A DNA stretch of 64,000 nt from Rhodoluna sp. (GCA_044239775.1 JBIIAT010000003.1:40584-104583); one strand, 5' to 3'. Counted from the first letter of the stretch, positions 42,527 to 52,750 are shown. A program made the numbers and translations. Notes: generated from the sequence alone by a model not told the origin.

Positions 42527-43231
42527 CTACCAGCCCATGCGGCAGAACTCTTCTACCTTCTTGGTGGTTCCAGCAACAATCATGACGTCGCCAGAGTTTA
42601 AAACTGTTTCCGGGAAAGAAGGAAGATAGCTCTGTCCTTCTTTTCTGGTGGCAACCACCGTTACACCGTGAAGTGATCTAAATTTCATTTCAGACAGCGT
42701 TTTACCTTCAAAGCTTTCGGGGGCTTCGGTCTTTGCCATCACGAAGTCCTGATCAAGTTGAATATAATCAAGAGTTTCACCGCTAACCATGTGAGCAACT
42801 CTTTGACCCATGTCCTTCTCCGGGAAAATCACATGGTGGACCCCAAGCTGTTCCAGAATTCTTCCGTGGGAAGCACTAGTGGCCTTTGCCCACACTTCAG
42901 GAACACCTAACTGCAGTAGAAGTGACGCTGTCAAAATACTTGCTTCTAAATCGCTTCCAATTGCAACAACTGCGGAGTCAAAATCTGGAATTCCAAGCTC
43001 TCGAAGTGCAGCTTCATCTGTCGAGTCCGCTTGAATTACGTGTGTGAGTTGGTCTGAAATATTCTGTACCAACTTCTCATCGCTATCTATACCGAGTACT
43101 TCCCTGCCGCCTTTGACAAGCTCGAGGGCAAGAGAGGTGCCAAAGCGACCTAGACCGATTACAGCGATTGTCGAAGCGCTATGTCTTTTTGACGCGCGTG
43201 TTTTTAGCCTGTTAGGCATTGTTTTCTCCAT
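42527..43231 (-). CDS. ktrA: Ktr/Trk potassium uptake RCK subunit
   Basis: IGLGRFG Rossmann motif, FPEKDMG and a TrkA_C domain. Confidence 0.9.
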   Translation of the reverse strand: MEKTMPNRLKTRASKRHSASTIAVIGLGRFGTSLALELVKGGREVLGIDSDEKLVQNISDQLTHVIQADSTDEAALRELGIPDFDSAVVAIGSDLEASILTASLLLQLGVPEVWAKATSASHGRILEQLGVHHVIFPEKDMGQRVAHMVSGETLDYIQLDQDFVMAKTEAPESFEGKTLSEMKFRSLHGVTVVATRKEGQSYLPSFPETVLNSGDVMIVAGTTKKVEEFCRMGW

Positions 43232-43308
43232 TCGGGTCTGGGAACTGAATCTGGTGATTAAGACTCAATAACCAAGCACTTCTAACAATAATCACTGAGC
43301 TTGCCAAA

Positions 43309-44685
43309 CTAGCCAATTAGTGGCCTTTCTCGAGGAAGCTCATAGTGGCGCTTGGTCTTTCTAAGGGCCAGCGATGTGGCAACAACAATTGGGCCAAGTC
43401 GACCAAAGAGCATCAATACTGAAAGTAGAAACTTTCCAAATTCTGGAAGATCTGGAGTAATCCCGGTCGAGAGACCAACTGTTCCGGCAGCGGAAATGAT
43501 CTCAAAAATCAACTCGTCCAACGTGAAATCTGTTGTAAAGCGAAGAACAAAAAGCGAACCTAGAATCACCATGGTGTAGAGAGTCACGATGGTCAATGCC
43601 TGGCGTTGCATAGAGCGAGGAAGTCTTCTGTTTCCAACGTTCACTGCGGCATCGCCACGAATTTCCGTATACACAATGTAGAACAAGACAACTGCGGTGC
43701 CAATCTTGATACCACCTGCAGTGGAGGCACTCGCGCCACCAATAAACATGAGAATGTCCATACCAAGCCAGGTGCTGGTATACATGTCAGCGGTTTCAAT
43801 AATGTTTAATCCGGTTGATCGGGTCATCGAAGAGGTAAAGAAGCTGGCAAAAATCTTTTGAACAGGGTCCATCGCTCCCAGGGTTGCGGGATTGCTCCAC
43901 TCGGAAACTGCAATGCCTAAAGATCCGATGATAAGAAGAATCAGGCTGGCCCAGAGAATTATCCTGGAGTTCAGCGACCACTGACTAGGCATGGTGTAGT
44001 CAGCTGCCTTTCCCACCAAAACGTAGAGCCTTAGCTTTAGCCGATCACGAATTTCCGCTAAGACAGGAAATCCGAATCCTGCCACGGTTGAAATAACCAG
44101 TATTGGAAAGATAATCCAGCCATCTCCTGCGAATCCCATGAGGCTGTCTGTATACAAAGCGAAGCCAGCTTGGTTAAATGCAGATATCGCCTGAAAGGCT
44201 CCATGAGATAGAGCTTTGTCCAAAGAGTAGCCATATTCGGTAAACATCCGAACCGCTAGAAATGCGAAAAGAACCAATTGGAAGAACAGCATCAGTTTGG
44301 CGATGTTTTTAAGAAGAGTCTTCACATCGGGTTGTTTTGTGGCTGAGGATTCAGAAGTTGCAGAGATTCGATTCTTAAGTGAAATTCTGCCTTCAATTAA
44401 GTAGCCGACCAGGGTTGCAAATCCAATGATTCCAAATCCACCTATCTGAATCAGTAGGGAGATGATTACGTGCCCTGCGGTTGACCAGTAAGTTGCAGTA
44501 TCAACAGTTGTTAGTCCGGTAACTGTAACCGCGGACGTGGCGGTAAAGAGTGCGTCAAAAAAGTTTGTCATTGCGCCGGATGTGGTAGCAATTGGCAACA
44601 TCAATAAGAATGTGCCAAACAAGATTATGGCTGTAAAAGCCGCTGCAATTAGCTGAGTTGCACTCAACTTAGATAAATTTGGCAT
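43309..44685 (-). CDS. ktrB: Ktr/Trk potassium uptake membrane subunit
   Basis: FTATSAVTVTGL, SAFNQAGF, STAGGIK and SAAGTVGLSTG pore loops. Confidence 0.92.
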   Translation of the reverse strand: MPNLSKLSATQLIAAAFTAIILFGTFLLMLPIATTSGAMTNFFDALFTATSAVTVTGLTTVDTATYWSTAGHVIISLLIQIGGFGIIGFATLVGYLIEGRISLKNRISATSESSATKQPDVKTLLKNIAKLMLFFQLVLFAFLAVRMFTEYGYSLDKALSHGAFQAISAFNQAGFALYTDSLMGFAGDGWIIFPILVISTVAGFGFPVLAEIRDRLKLRLYVLVGKAADYTMPSQWSLNSRIILWASLILLIIGSLGIAVSEWSNPATLGAMDPVQKIFASFFTSSMTRSTGLNIIETADMYTSTWLGMDILMFIGGASASTAGGIKIGTAVVLFYIVYTEIRGDAAVNVGNRRLPRSMQRQALTIVTLYTMVILGSLFVLRFTTDFTLDELIFEIISAAGTVGLSTGITPDLPEFGKFLLSVLMLFGRLGPIVVATSLALRKTKRHYELPRERPLIG

Positions 44686-44768
44686 TTCAGGCTCTAACTA
44701 TACTCCTGGCCTTGAAATCGTCGAGGATGAGATTTGGGTCCAATTCCCAATAAGGGCACCAAAAAAGC

Positions 44769-45701
44769 TCAGGAGATCGCGCCAATTCTTCTAAGCCTTG
44801 CTTTGGCACCGTCCTCGATAGGTGACTCGGGGCCAATAGCTGCTCTCATCAAGCGAAGTGTCCATCTGGTTGCAGGACGAATTAGCCAAGCCGGCTTAGC
44901 TGAAAGTCCAAGTAAAGTCCTAAACTCTGGGCGCAGCGATAGCACCGCCGCGTCAAATAGCAACCCATAGACAAACCGCGCTACGCCCGGCAAGGGAGGG
45001 TTCTTTATAAACGCAATTACCCGTTGAGTGTCAGCAGTTGAAACAAGTAACCCTGAGCGATAGAAATCATCTATTTCGGATTCCAATTCCGACTCACTCA
45101 TCGGGCACTTGTTCAACCCAAGGGGAGCAACCGAGACACTCCACTGAGAGACGTAGTTGTCCGCTCCGGTTTCAAAAATTCCCTGTGGAATTGCTTTCCA
45201 GGAATACATCTGGTGAGCCACAAGAAAAGATTCCATAAATGCAATGTGCACCCAAAGTAGGAGATCCTTATCTGCCGCTTGATAGGGTACTTTTTCGCCC
45301 GTTCCTTTCGTGTATTCGCCGGAAACGCGAGAGTGAAGCTTGTTAACCCGGTTCGCCTCATTTTGAACCGCCGTCTTTGAGCCAAAAGTTGTCACCGTGA
45401 GCCATCGAATTGTTCCAGCTAACCGTCCGAGCGGGTCGGATTCGTATCTTGAATGATTCTTGACGCCTGTCAAAGAGCCTGGGTGTAACGCCTGCATAAG
45501 AAGTGCTCGTATGCCACCCACTAGTGTTCCAAAATCTGCATGGACTACCCATGGAGCGTCAGAGGGAAGAAAGTAGCCCTCTTCTTCGCCGGCGGCCACA
45601 ACATCCAGCCAAGGTGGAATACCTTTGGGGTCACCTGACAAAAGCTTTCGAAACTTCTTCGAAAGAAGCTCCTGTAGCGCGTTATTTTTCTTGGACGTCA
45701 A
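44769..45701 (-). CDS. MpaB/DUF2236-family oxygenase (Lcp-like heme protein)
   Basis: GIRALLMQALHP, RLAGT, H in LHSRVSG and LLWVH motifs. Confidence 0.85.
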   Translation of the reverse strand: MTSKKNNALQELLSKKFRKLLSGDPKGIPPWLDVVAAGEEEGYFLPSDAPWVVHADFGTLVGGIRALLMQALHPGSLTGVKNHSRYESDPLGRLAGTIRWLTVTTFGSKTAVQNEANRVNKLHSRVSGEYTKGTGEKVPYQAADKDLLLWVHIAFMESFLVAHQMYSWKAIPQGIFETGADNYVSQWSVSVAPLGLNKCPMSESELESEIDDFYRSGLLVSTADTQRVIAFIKNPPLPGVARFVYGLLFDAAVLSLRPEFRTLLGLSAKPAWLIRPATRWTLRLMRAAIGPESPIEDGAKARLRRIGAIS

Positions 45702-45772
45702 GGGGCACCTAGTTGATTGATTGGAGAGCGTAACTCAAGTCTATGATTCAAATTTTTAGAATTTTCCGGTCC

Positions 45773-45848
45773 TGGAGCCACCTAGCGGAATCGAACCGCT
45801 GACCTGCTCTTTACGAGGGAGCTGCTCTGCCAACTGAGCTAAGGTGGC
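45773..45848 (-). tRNA. tRNA-Thr(CGT)
   Basis: Reverse complement GCCACCTTAGCTCAGTTGGCAGAGC...CTCGTAA...GGTTCGATTCC...GGTGGCTCCA. Confidence 0.95.
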
Positions 45849-45887
45849 CTATTCTTTAGTTATTCATACTATCCAAGGAGCTACACC

Positions 45888-46259
45888 GTGAACGAGCTAG
45901 ATCTAATACAGCTATGGAATCGATTGAGAAATCAAATAATCTTTTCCCAAATAGCTCCCACATTTTTACTCATTGTCACAATTGGGCTACTAAATGATGG
46001 ACTTGCCGATAACGAAGACTCTGTGAAGCTAGCAACACTTGGAATCCTGCTAGCTTCTGGGATATTCGGCTTTCTCGCTCAATACTCGGCTGCAGCCGAA
46101 GCACGAGCAGTATTGAGTGAATTGAAAACACTAAAGGCGAAGTCAAAGGTTTCCAATCAACTCATGAGATTTTCAAATTGGATAAATGTGATTCGTTTCA
46201 TCACACCAAGCATTTTTGTTGTAATTTATGTATTGTTATGTATTGCTCTTCTGTTTTAG
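45888..46259 (+). CDS. Hypothetical three-TM membrane protein
   Basis: SD AAGGAG, GTG start, three hydrophobic segments, followed by a terminator. Confidence 0.75.
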   Translation: MNELDLIQLWNRLRNQIIFSQIAPTFLLIVTIGLLNDGLADNEDSVKLATLGILLASGIFGFLAQYSAAAEARAVLSELKTLKAKSKVSNQLMRFSNWINVIRFITPSIFVVIYVLLCIALLF

Positions 46260-46277
46260 ATTAAAAGAGTAGATTAG

Positions 46278-46307
46278 GCCCCGACTGCGGTCGGGGCTTT
46301 TTCTTTT
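46278..46307 (+). terminator. Intrinsic terminator
   Basis: GCCCCGAC-TGCG-GTCGGGGC followed by TTTTTCTTTT. Confidence 0.88.
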
Positions 46308-46322
46308 CTGGACGAAGACTTA

Positions 46323-47840
46323 CTAACTGCAGTTAGGGTCTGTTGCCGGTAGCTTGCCTGTAAAGAAGAAATTGTCGACAACTTCGTTTATACATTCGAC
46401 CTCTCCGCCGTAAACGGTGTGCCCCTCTCCGTTATAGGTAACTAGGAAGCCAGCAGCAAGGACCTCCTCGGCTAGTGACTTCGCCTCAGAGTAAGGAGTG
46501 GCTGGGTCACCGGTAGTTCCAATAACCATAATTGGTGGTGCCCCTTTGGCGCTGTAGTCACTTGGTGGGGCAGCTTCTGGATATGGCCAGGTGGCACATC
46601 GCAATCCGCCAAATTGCCAATACCTTCCAAGAGTTGGAGCCACCTCGATTAATTGCGTGTTCTTTTCTTCAACTTCTGACATCTCTGCAACGCCACCACT
46701 ATCCAGACAACCAATTGCGTAATTGGCCGCGATGATATTGGTCGCGTAGGTGCCATCATCATTTCGATCGTTATACATATCCGCCAAGATCAAAAAACCA
46801 TCTCCGGAGCCATTGAAAGCGTCACTAAACGATGTAGATAAATATTGCCAATAGCTTTCCGAATAAAGCGGCATAATCAATCCTGTGATTGCAGCCCATA
46901 TTGTCAGTTCTCGACCCGAGGAAGTTTCTAGGGGCTCGTTCTCCAGTTCTAATAAGAATTGCTGAATTCGATATTGTCCCAGTGGGACGTCACTCGAGAA
47001 TGGGCAATCCTCAAATTGCTCGCAATTTTCTAAGAAGGCTTCTAGAGCTTTTTCAAAGGCCTGGATCTGAAGAATTGTCTGCTGGCTATCGCTAACGGTT
47101 GGGTCTATGCCGCCATCGAGCACAAACCTTCCAACCCTTGAAGGAAACAGGGTTGCATAAGTTGTTCCAAGGAAAGACCCATAGGAGTAGCCGAGGAAAT
47201 TCAAGTTTTCTTGGCCAAAAACTGCCCTCAAAACGTCCATATCCCTAGCTGCGGAGACGGTATCAACAAACTGCAGTAGTGCTCCGGTGTTCTCTTGGCA
47301 TTTTGCTGCAAACTCCGACGTTGCAGTTGCGGATGCCGCAAGGTCCTGCTCGCTACCGAGCTCATATCCTGTGACCCCGTATAAGAAATCGTCATATTCG
47401 CTATCGGTAAGACATTCAACTGCAGAGCTCGAGCCAACTCCTCTTGGGTCAAAACCTACGATGTTCCAGCTTTCGCGAAGGGTTTCTGTTCCTACGTACT
47501 CCGGAGAATCCTTAACAAAGTCGTATCCTGAAGCTCCAGGTCCCCCTGGATTTACAAGGATAAAGCCCATGGGATTTGAATCTGCCTGTCGATAGACCGT
47601 AGCGATTGAAATTGGTTCGCTTGCGGGGTCAGTCCAATCCATGGGCACTGAAATGTCTGCACAATACAATCGATCGCCGCATTTTTCAAAGTTTGCTACT
47701 TGCTCGTAATACTGGATAAATCCTGCTGGGGCTCCGCTGGAATCAGGAACCAATGCCTCAGGTTCAGGTGTAGATGCAACGCAACCGGATAACGCCATAA
47801 CGGCCACCACTGAAAATGAGGCAAATCTCATCGATCTCAC
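46323..47840 (-). CDS. Lipoprotein alpha/beta-hydrolase (Tap/Hip1-like peptidase)
   Basis: Lipobox LSGC; NPGGPG, FDPRGVG, GYSYG nucleophile, DPATPY and GEGH. Confidence 0.9.
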   Translation of the reverse strand: MRSMRFASFSVVAVMALSGCVASTPEPEALVPDSSGAPAGFIQYYEQVANFEKCGDRLYCADISVPMDWTDPASEPISIATVYRQADSNPMGFILVNPGGPGASGYDFVKDSPEYVGTETLRESWNIVGFDPRGVGSSSAVECLTDSEYDDFLYGVTGYELGSEQDLAASATATSEFAAKCQENTGALLQFVDTVSAARDMDVLRAVFGQENLNFLGYSYGSFLGTTYATLFPSRVGRFVLDGGIDPTVSDSQQTILQIQAFEKALEAFLENCEQFEDCPFSSDVPLGQYRIQQFLLELENEPLETSSGRELTIWAAITGLIMPLYSESYWQYLSTSFSDAFNGSGDGFLILADMYNDRNDDGTYATNIIAANYAIGCLDSGGVAEMSEVEEKNTQLIEVAPTLGRYWQFGGLRCATWPYPEAAPPSDYSAKGAPPIMVIGTTGDPATPYSEAKSLAEEVLAAGFLVTYNGEGHTVYGGEVECINEVVDNFFFTGKLPATDPNCS

Positions 47841-48997
47841 TTGGTGTTCTTTAGGGCAACAGCAACAGATTCCAAGACCATCAGATCTCTGACATTTGCG
47901 CCGATTCTAATTCGGGCGCTAGAAATTGCTTCAAGTCTTGAAATTGTCTCTGAAGCAGAAGAACTGATCGCAAGTTGCTCAATCTGATTTTTCAATTCCG
48001 TGTTCACAAGTTCAGAAGAGGCACTTAGCTGAATGATTAGCACGTCTCTAAAAAGTGACATTAAGTCAACCAAGATGCGATCAATGCCATCTCGCAAGCT
48101 TCTGGTGGCGCGTCGCTTTTGTCCCTCTTCGAGTGCTTTGATGTCGGCTCGAAGGGCAGGTGGAACAGTACCTCCTTCGGGGATCCCGAGAGTGGCAAGT
48201 AAGGCAGACTTTTCCTCGTTGTCCTTTTCAGTAGTTAGCGCTTCCGCATCTTTTCTTGCAAGCTCTAGCCACCGCTCAGCTGTAAACATTGCTTTAGAAA
48301 CAGAGTCAATCACCGTCGCAGACATCAAGGTTTCTTTTCTTCGCGCTCTAGCATCCGAACTGGTTGCCAACCGAAGGGCCATACCAATGTGGCCTTGCGC
48401 CTCAGCTGCTACCTGCAAGGCAAGGCTTTGGTTGATGCCGTCTCTGGAAACCAGAAGATCAGCAACAGTTTGACTGGAGGGTTGCTTGAGAGCAACTCTT
48501 CTGACTCTGGAGCGGATTGTTGGGAGCATGTCGGCTTCTGAAGGTGCACAAAGAATCCAAATGGTTCCAGCCGGTGGCTCTTCTAAGGTCTTGAGAAGAA
48601 CATTGGAAGAGCGCTCTGCCATTCGGTCGGCATCTTCGATGATCATGATTTGATACTTACTTATTGACCCGCCATAGTACGAAGCGGCGACTAAGTCCCT
48701 GATCTCATCAATTGAGATGATTACCTTTTCAGTTGCCAAAACTTTGACATCCGGGTGGGATCCGGAAGTTACCATGCGACAGCTTTTACATTCCCCGCAA
48801 CCGCCTGATTCACACAGCAGCGCAGCTGCGAATGCAGTTGCTGCATTTGATCTGCCTGAACCAGGAGGACCGGTTATTAGCCAAGCGTGTTGTAAACCTA
48901 AATCTTTGGCGGAAACTGCTTGACGGAGTTGTTCAACAGCTTCTGGCTGGCCAAGAAGTTCTGACCAGATAGGTTCGTAATCAGCTAGCTTCGTCAA
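47837..48997 (-). CDS. holB: DNA polymerase III delta-prime subunit
   Basis: HAWLITGPPGSGRS, zinc-binding Cys cluster, LLKTLEEP and TIRSR. Confidence 0.95.
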   Translation of the reverse strand: MTKLADYEPIWSELLGQPEAVEQLRQAVSAKDLGLQHAWLITGPPGSGRSNAATAFAAALLCESGGCGECKSCRMVTSGSHPDVKVLATEKVIISIDEIRDLVAASYYGGSISKYQIMIIEDADRMAERSSNVLLKTLEEPPAGTIWILCAPSEADMLPTIRSRVRRVALKQPSSQTVADLLVSRDGINQSLALQVAAEAQGHIGMALRLATSSDARARRKETLMSATVIDSVSKAMFTAERWLELARKDAEALTTEKDNEEKSALLATLGIPEGGTVPPALRADIKALEEGQKRRATRSLRDGIDRILVDLMSLFRDVLIIQLSASSELVNTELKNQIEQLAISSSASETISRLEAISSARIRIGANVRDLMVLESVAVALKNTK

Positions 48998-49635
48998 AGG
49001 CCTTTGCTTTCTAGCAGCGCGTCCAATCGTGGCTTAATCTGGGCCCAAATTGCATCTGGAGTTTGGTTGGCGTCAACCACGTGAAATCTAGTTGGCTCGG
49101 CTGCTGCAAGTTCCTTATAGGTAGATCTAGCTGCTTCAAAAAAGCTAATCTTCTCGCGCTCTAGTCGATCCGGTTCTGCTCCTGTTTTGTCGCGCCGAAC
49201 AGCTGCAGCTTCAGCATCAAGATCTAGTAACACAGTCAGCTCTGGAAGCAAGTTGTCAACGGCCCAGATGGACAAGTCTCGAACCTGGGTGAGATCTAAC
49301 TCCCGCCCCGCTCCTTGATAGGCAACGGATGAGTCTAGGTATCGATCGGAGATTACAATCTGACCTTGGGCAAGAGCTGGCCTTATTAGGCTGGCAACAT
49401 GGTGTGCCCTATCAGCCGCATATAGAAGTGCCTCCGATCTGGCGGATACTTCACCCTTGCGGTGCAATAAAAGATGTCTAATTTCAACGCCTAGCTCGGT
49501 GCCGCCAGGCTCTAGGGTTCTAACTACCTCATGGCCTTTTGAAACCAGATAGTTTTCCATCAAGTCAGCTTGAGTGGACTTACCAACCCCGTCAATTCCC
49601 TCGAAGGAGATAAACAGTCCATTGCTCTGAGGCAC
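48994..49635 (-). CDS. tmk: Thymidylate kinase
   Basis: FEGIDGVGKSTQ, EPGGT and DRYLDSSVAYQG. Confidence 0.97.
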   Translation of the reverse strand: MPQSNGLFISFEGIDGVGKSTQADLMENYLVSKGHEVVRTLEPGGTELGVEIRHLLLHRKGEVSARSEALLYAADRAHHVASLIRPALAQGQIVISDRYLDSSVAYQGAGRELDLTQVRDLSIWAVDNLLPELTVLLDLDAEAAAVRRDKTGAEPDRLEREKISFFEAARSTYKELAAAEPTRFHVVDANQTPDAIWAQIKPRLDALLESKGL

Positions 49636-49636
49636 G

Positions 49637-52336
49637 CTACTTCTTCTTTCTAGATCCGGCTTTCACGGTCTTTTTAGGAGCCGCGACTTTCTTGCTGGCT
49701 CGACCAGCTTTCGGTGCCGCCTGGCCAGGCTCTAGACCTAGTTTCTCACGCCTGATAGCTAGCAATTCAAATGCCTGATCAGCAGTGAGCTCATCGAGTT
49801 TTTCATCCTTTGGAACAGTTGCATTAATGGCTCCATCGGTGACGTAGTCGCCGAACTGTCCTGTTTTGGCAACCACATTCAGCCCGCTAGCTGGGTCTTC
49901 GCCAAACTCCCTAAGGGGTGTGGCGGCGGTTCGACGGCCACCGTATTTTGGCTGTGTGTAGATCTCTAGCGCCTCTTCGAGGCTCAGGCTAAAGATCTGA
50001 TCTTCGCTGGTAAGAGAGCGAGAGTCAGTGCCCTTTTTTAGGTATGGTCCGAACTTTCCATTTTGAGCGGTAATCGGATTCTCGGTCTCAGGATCGATTC
50101 CAATAGTTCTAGGTAGGGAAAGCAATGAAACTGCCTCTTCAAAAGAGAAAGTCTCTGGTGACATGGACTTGAAAAGCGAAGCGGTCTTTGGCTTCTCGGC
50201 ATTTGGGTCTTCGAGAAGCACGTAGGGCCCGTATCTTCCATCTTTGAACAAGATGTCGTAACCGGTGAGTGGATCTTGTCCCATAACGCGATCTGTAATA
50301 ATCGGGGCATCAATAAGTTCCTGAGCCTTTGCAACGGTTAGTTCATCTGGGGCTAAGCCTTCAGGAATGTTAACAATTCTTCTTCCATTTTCATCGGCAC
50401 CTTCGCTACCAGGCTCAACCATGGTTTCGATATATGGTCCATACTTTCCGGTTCGAAGAGTTATGTTATCGGCCAGGTAGATCGAGTTAACTGCTTTGGG
50501 GTCGCTGTCGCCCACGTTTTGGACAGTGTCGTGCAAGCCGTCTTCGGTATCCGTTCCAAAGTAAAACTTCTTTAGCCATTCACTGCGGTTAAGCTCACCA
50601 GCAGCAATTTGGTCCAAGTTTTCTTCCATCTGCGCCGTAAAGGCATAGTCAACCAATTTGACGAAGTTCTCTTCTAAGAACCTGGTAACCGTGAAAGCAA
50701 TCCACTCTGGAACCAGGGCTTGACCGCGCTTGACTACATATCCCTTGTTGATGATGGTGGACAAAATAGCTGCATAGGTGGAGGGTCTTCCGATGCCGTC
50801 TTCTTCAAGGGCCTTTACCAAGCTGGCTTCGGTGTAGCGGGCGGGGGGTAGCGTTTGATGATCTTTAGCGGTTACCTCAACAACCGAAAGAACCTGTCCC
50901 ACCTCAAGAGCTGGAAGCTTGGATTCTTGCTCCTCTTCTTGTTCATTCTCACGCGATGCGTCTCTGCCTTCTTCGTAGGCAGCCATGTAACCCTTGAAGA
51001 TAACAACTGTTCCGGAAGCACTGAACTCTGCTGATTTTCCACCAGCTAGCGGTGAAACGGAAATCTTCGCTGTTGTGGTTGAAACCTTGGCATCAGACAT
51101 CTGTGATGCCATGGTTCTTTTCCAAATCAATTCATAGAGATCTTTAGATCTAGTGGACATGGTCATCGGTAAATCACTCGGGTGTAGGAAAGTTTCTCCG
51201 GCAGGTCTAATTGCTTCGTGTGCTTCCTGAGCGTTCTTATTTTTTCCCGTGTAAATTCGTGGAGAGTCCGGAACAGAATCTTTTCCAAACATCTCAATCG
51301 CAAGAGCTCTCGCTGCTTGAATAGCCTGAGTTGAAAGCACTGGGGAGTCGGTTCGCATATATGTGATGTGACCTTCTTGATACAAACTTTGTGCAGTATC
51401 CATAGTTTGCTTAGCGGACATTCGAAGTTTTCTAGATGCTTCCTGCTGCAAGGTAGATGTTGTAAACGGCGCCGCAGGCTTTCTAGTTGATGGCTTTGAT
51501 TCAACCGATTCAACAATTACCTTTATATCTTTTGACCTCATCGCCTCCGCTAGATTTTCGGCGGCTTGCTGATCAAGCAGTAACACTCCGTCTTTAATTT
51601 CTCCGTTGTCGTTGAAAGCGTCTCCGGTGGCAATTTTTTGTCCGTCAATCAAAGTTAGCTTCGCTTCGAAATCCTGTTCCTTGTTTTTGTCGGTAGTGAA
51701 CAGGGCCTTCACGTCGTGATAGCTGGCAGAAACAAAAGCCATTCGTTCGCGCTCTCGTTCAACTACCAGCCTCATGGCTGGAGACTGGACTCGGCCGGCA
51801 CTTAGGCCTCGGTTGATTTTGCGCCAGAGCACAGGCGAAACTTCATAGCCATAAAGTCGGTCAACGACTCTTCTGGTTTCTTGGGCCTGGACTAGGTTCT
51901 GGTCTACTTCCCTAGTGTTGAGCAAAGCGTCTTGAATGGCTTGCTTAGTGATTTCATGAAAAACCATTCGGCTAACTGGGACCTTGGGCTTGAGCACTTG
52001 AAGTAGGTGCCAAGCGATGGCTTCACCCTCGCGGTCTTCATCAGTTGCCAGATACAGCTCATCGGCCTCGGCTAGAGCTTTTTTGAGCTCGGTGACCGTT
52101 TTGGACTTACCGGCAGAAATCGCGTAATAGGGTTCAAAGTCATTTTCGATATCAATTGAAAACTTGGAAAGGGAGCCCTTTTTCTTCTTTTCTTCTGGGG
52201 GTAAGTTCTTTGGGTCAATGAGGTCTCGGATATGGCCAATTGAGGCCATGACTGTGTAGTCATCCCCTAGGTACTTGGCAATCGTCTTGGCCTTAGCTGG
52301 CGACTCGACGATTACTAACTTGTTACCTTTTGGCAT
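49637..52336 (-). CDS. topA: DNA topoisomerase I
   Basis: IVESPAKAKTI, ATDEDREGE, SAGRVQS, ITYMRTD, actinobacterial C-terminal repeats and Lys-rich tail. Confidence 0.98.
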   Translation of the reverse strand: MPKGNKLVIVESPAKAKTIAKYLGDDYTVMASIGHIRDLIDPKNLPPEEKKKKGSLSKFSIDIENDFEPYYAISAGKSKTVTELKKALAEADELYLATDEDREGEAIAWHLLQVLKPKVPVSRMVFHEITKQAIQDALLNTREVDQNLVQAQETRRVVDRLYGYEVSPVLWRKINRGLSAGRVQSPAMRLVVERERERMAFVSASYHDVKALFTTDKNKEQDFEAKLTLIDGQKIATGDAFNDNGEIKDGVLLLDQQAAENLAEAMRSKDIKVIVESVESKPSTRKPAAPFTTSTLQQEASRKLRMSAKQTMDTAQSLYQEGHITYMRTDSPVLSTQAIQAARALAIEMFGKDSVPDSPRIYTGKNKNAQEAHEAIRPAGETFLHPSDLPMTMSTRSKDLYELIWKRTMASQMSDAKVSTTTAKISVSPLAGGKSAEFSASGTVVIFKGYMAAYEEGRDASRENEQEEEQESKLPALEVGQVLSVVEVTAKDHQTLPPARYTEASLVKALEEDGIGRPSTYAAILSTIINKGYVVKRGQALVPEWIAFTVTRFLEENFVKLVDYAFTAQMEENLDQIAAGELNRSEWLKKFYFGTDTEDGLHDTVQNVGDSDPKAVNSIYLADNITLRTGKYGPYIETMVEPGSEGADENGRRIVNIPEGLAPDELTVAKAQELIDAPIITDRVMGQDPLTGYDILFKDGRYGPYVLLEDPNAEKPKTASLFKSMSPETFSFEEAVSLLSLPRTIGIDPETENPITAQNGKFGPYLKKGTDSRSLTSEDQIFSLSLEEALEIYTQPKYGGRRTAATPLREFGEDPASGLNVVAKTGQFGDYVTDGAINATVPKDEKLDELTADQAFELLAIRREKLGLEPGQAAPKAGRASKKVAAPKKTVKAGSRKKK

Positions 52337-52351
52337 TGAACTCCTCTGTAG

Positions 52352-52682
52352 TTAGCCTGTTCCCGATCTAGCTCGTGCAGTAAGCACAAACCCGAAAGTT
52401 TCCACGCTGGTCTCAATAAAGACCTCGAAACCGACAATACGACATCGTTCCAGAACTATCTGGCTATCGCTGGCAATATCTTTAGCCACAATACACGGAT
52501 TCCCTGAAGAAACGCCTTTAAGTGCATCCGCAGCAGCCAGTGCAAATGATTCGGTTCTGGCCTGAATCCTAGTAAACGCCAGCATTTTCGTGCCAAATGC
52601 AGATGCGAAAGTGAATAAACCAAAAAATTAAATATCAGTACCGAAAGCGAAAGAATTGCTCCTGCACCAAGGTCATTTGCTA
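52352..52682 (-). pseudogene. Frameshifted second copy of the Rv3654c-like TadE/pseudopilin gene
   Basis: Aligns over 331 bp with 54190-54518 (329 bp). The 2 extra nt at 52622-52632 break the frame, and no start codon is seen in the 5' part. Confidence 0.8.
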
Positions 52683-52750
52683 AATCCGAAGCAGATCAAT
52701 GAAACCGCGCTGGCACCACTATGGACTGCGATCTTGTCCGACGTTTAAGC

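Noticed and set aside
9397-45848. tRNA-anchored genomic islands or prophage at the three tRNAs
   Set aside because: No integrase and no duplicated tRNA 3' end (att) seen; the flanking genes are mostly housekeeping.
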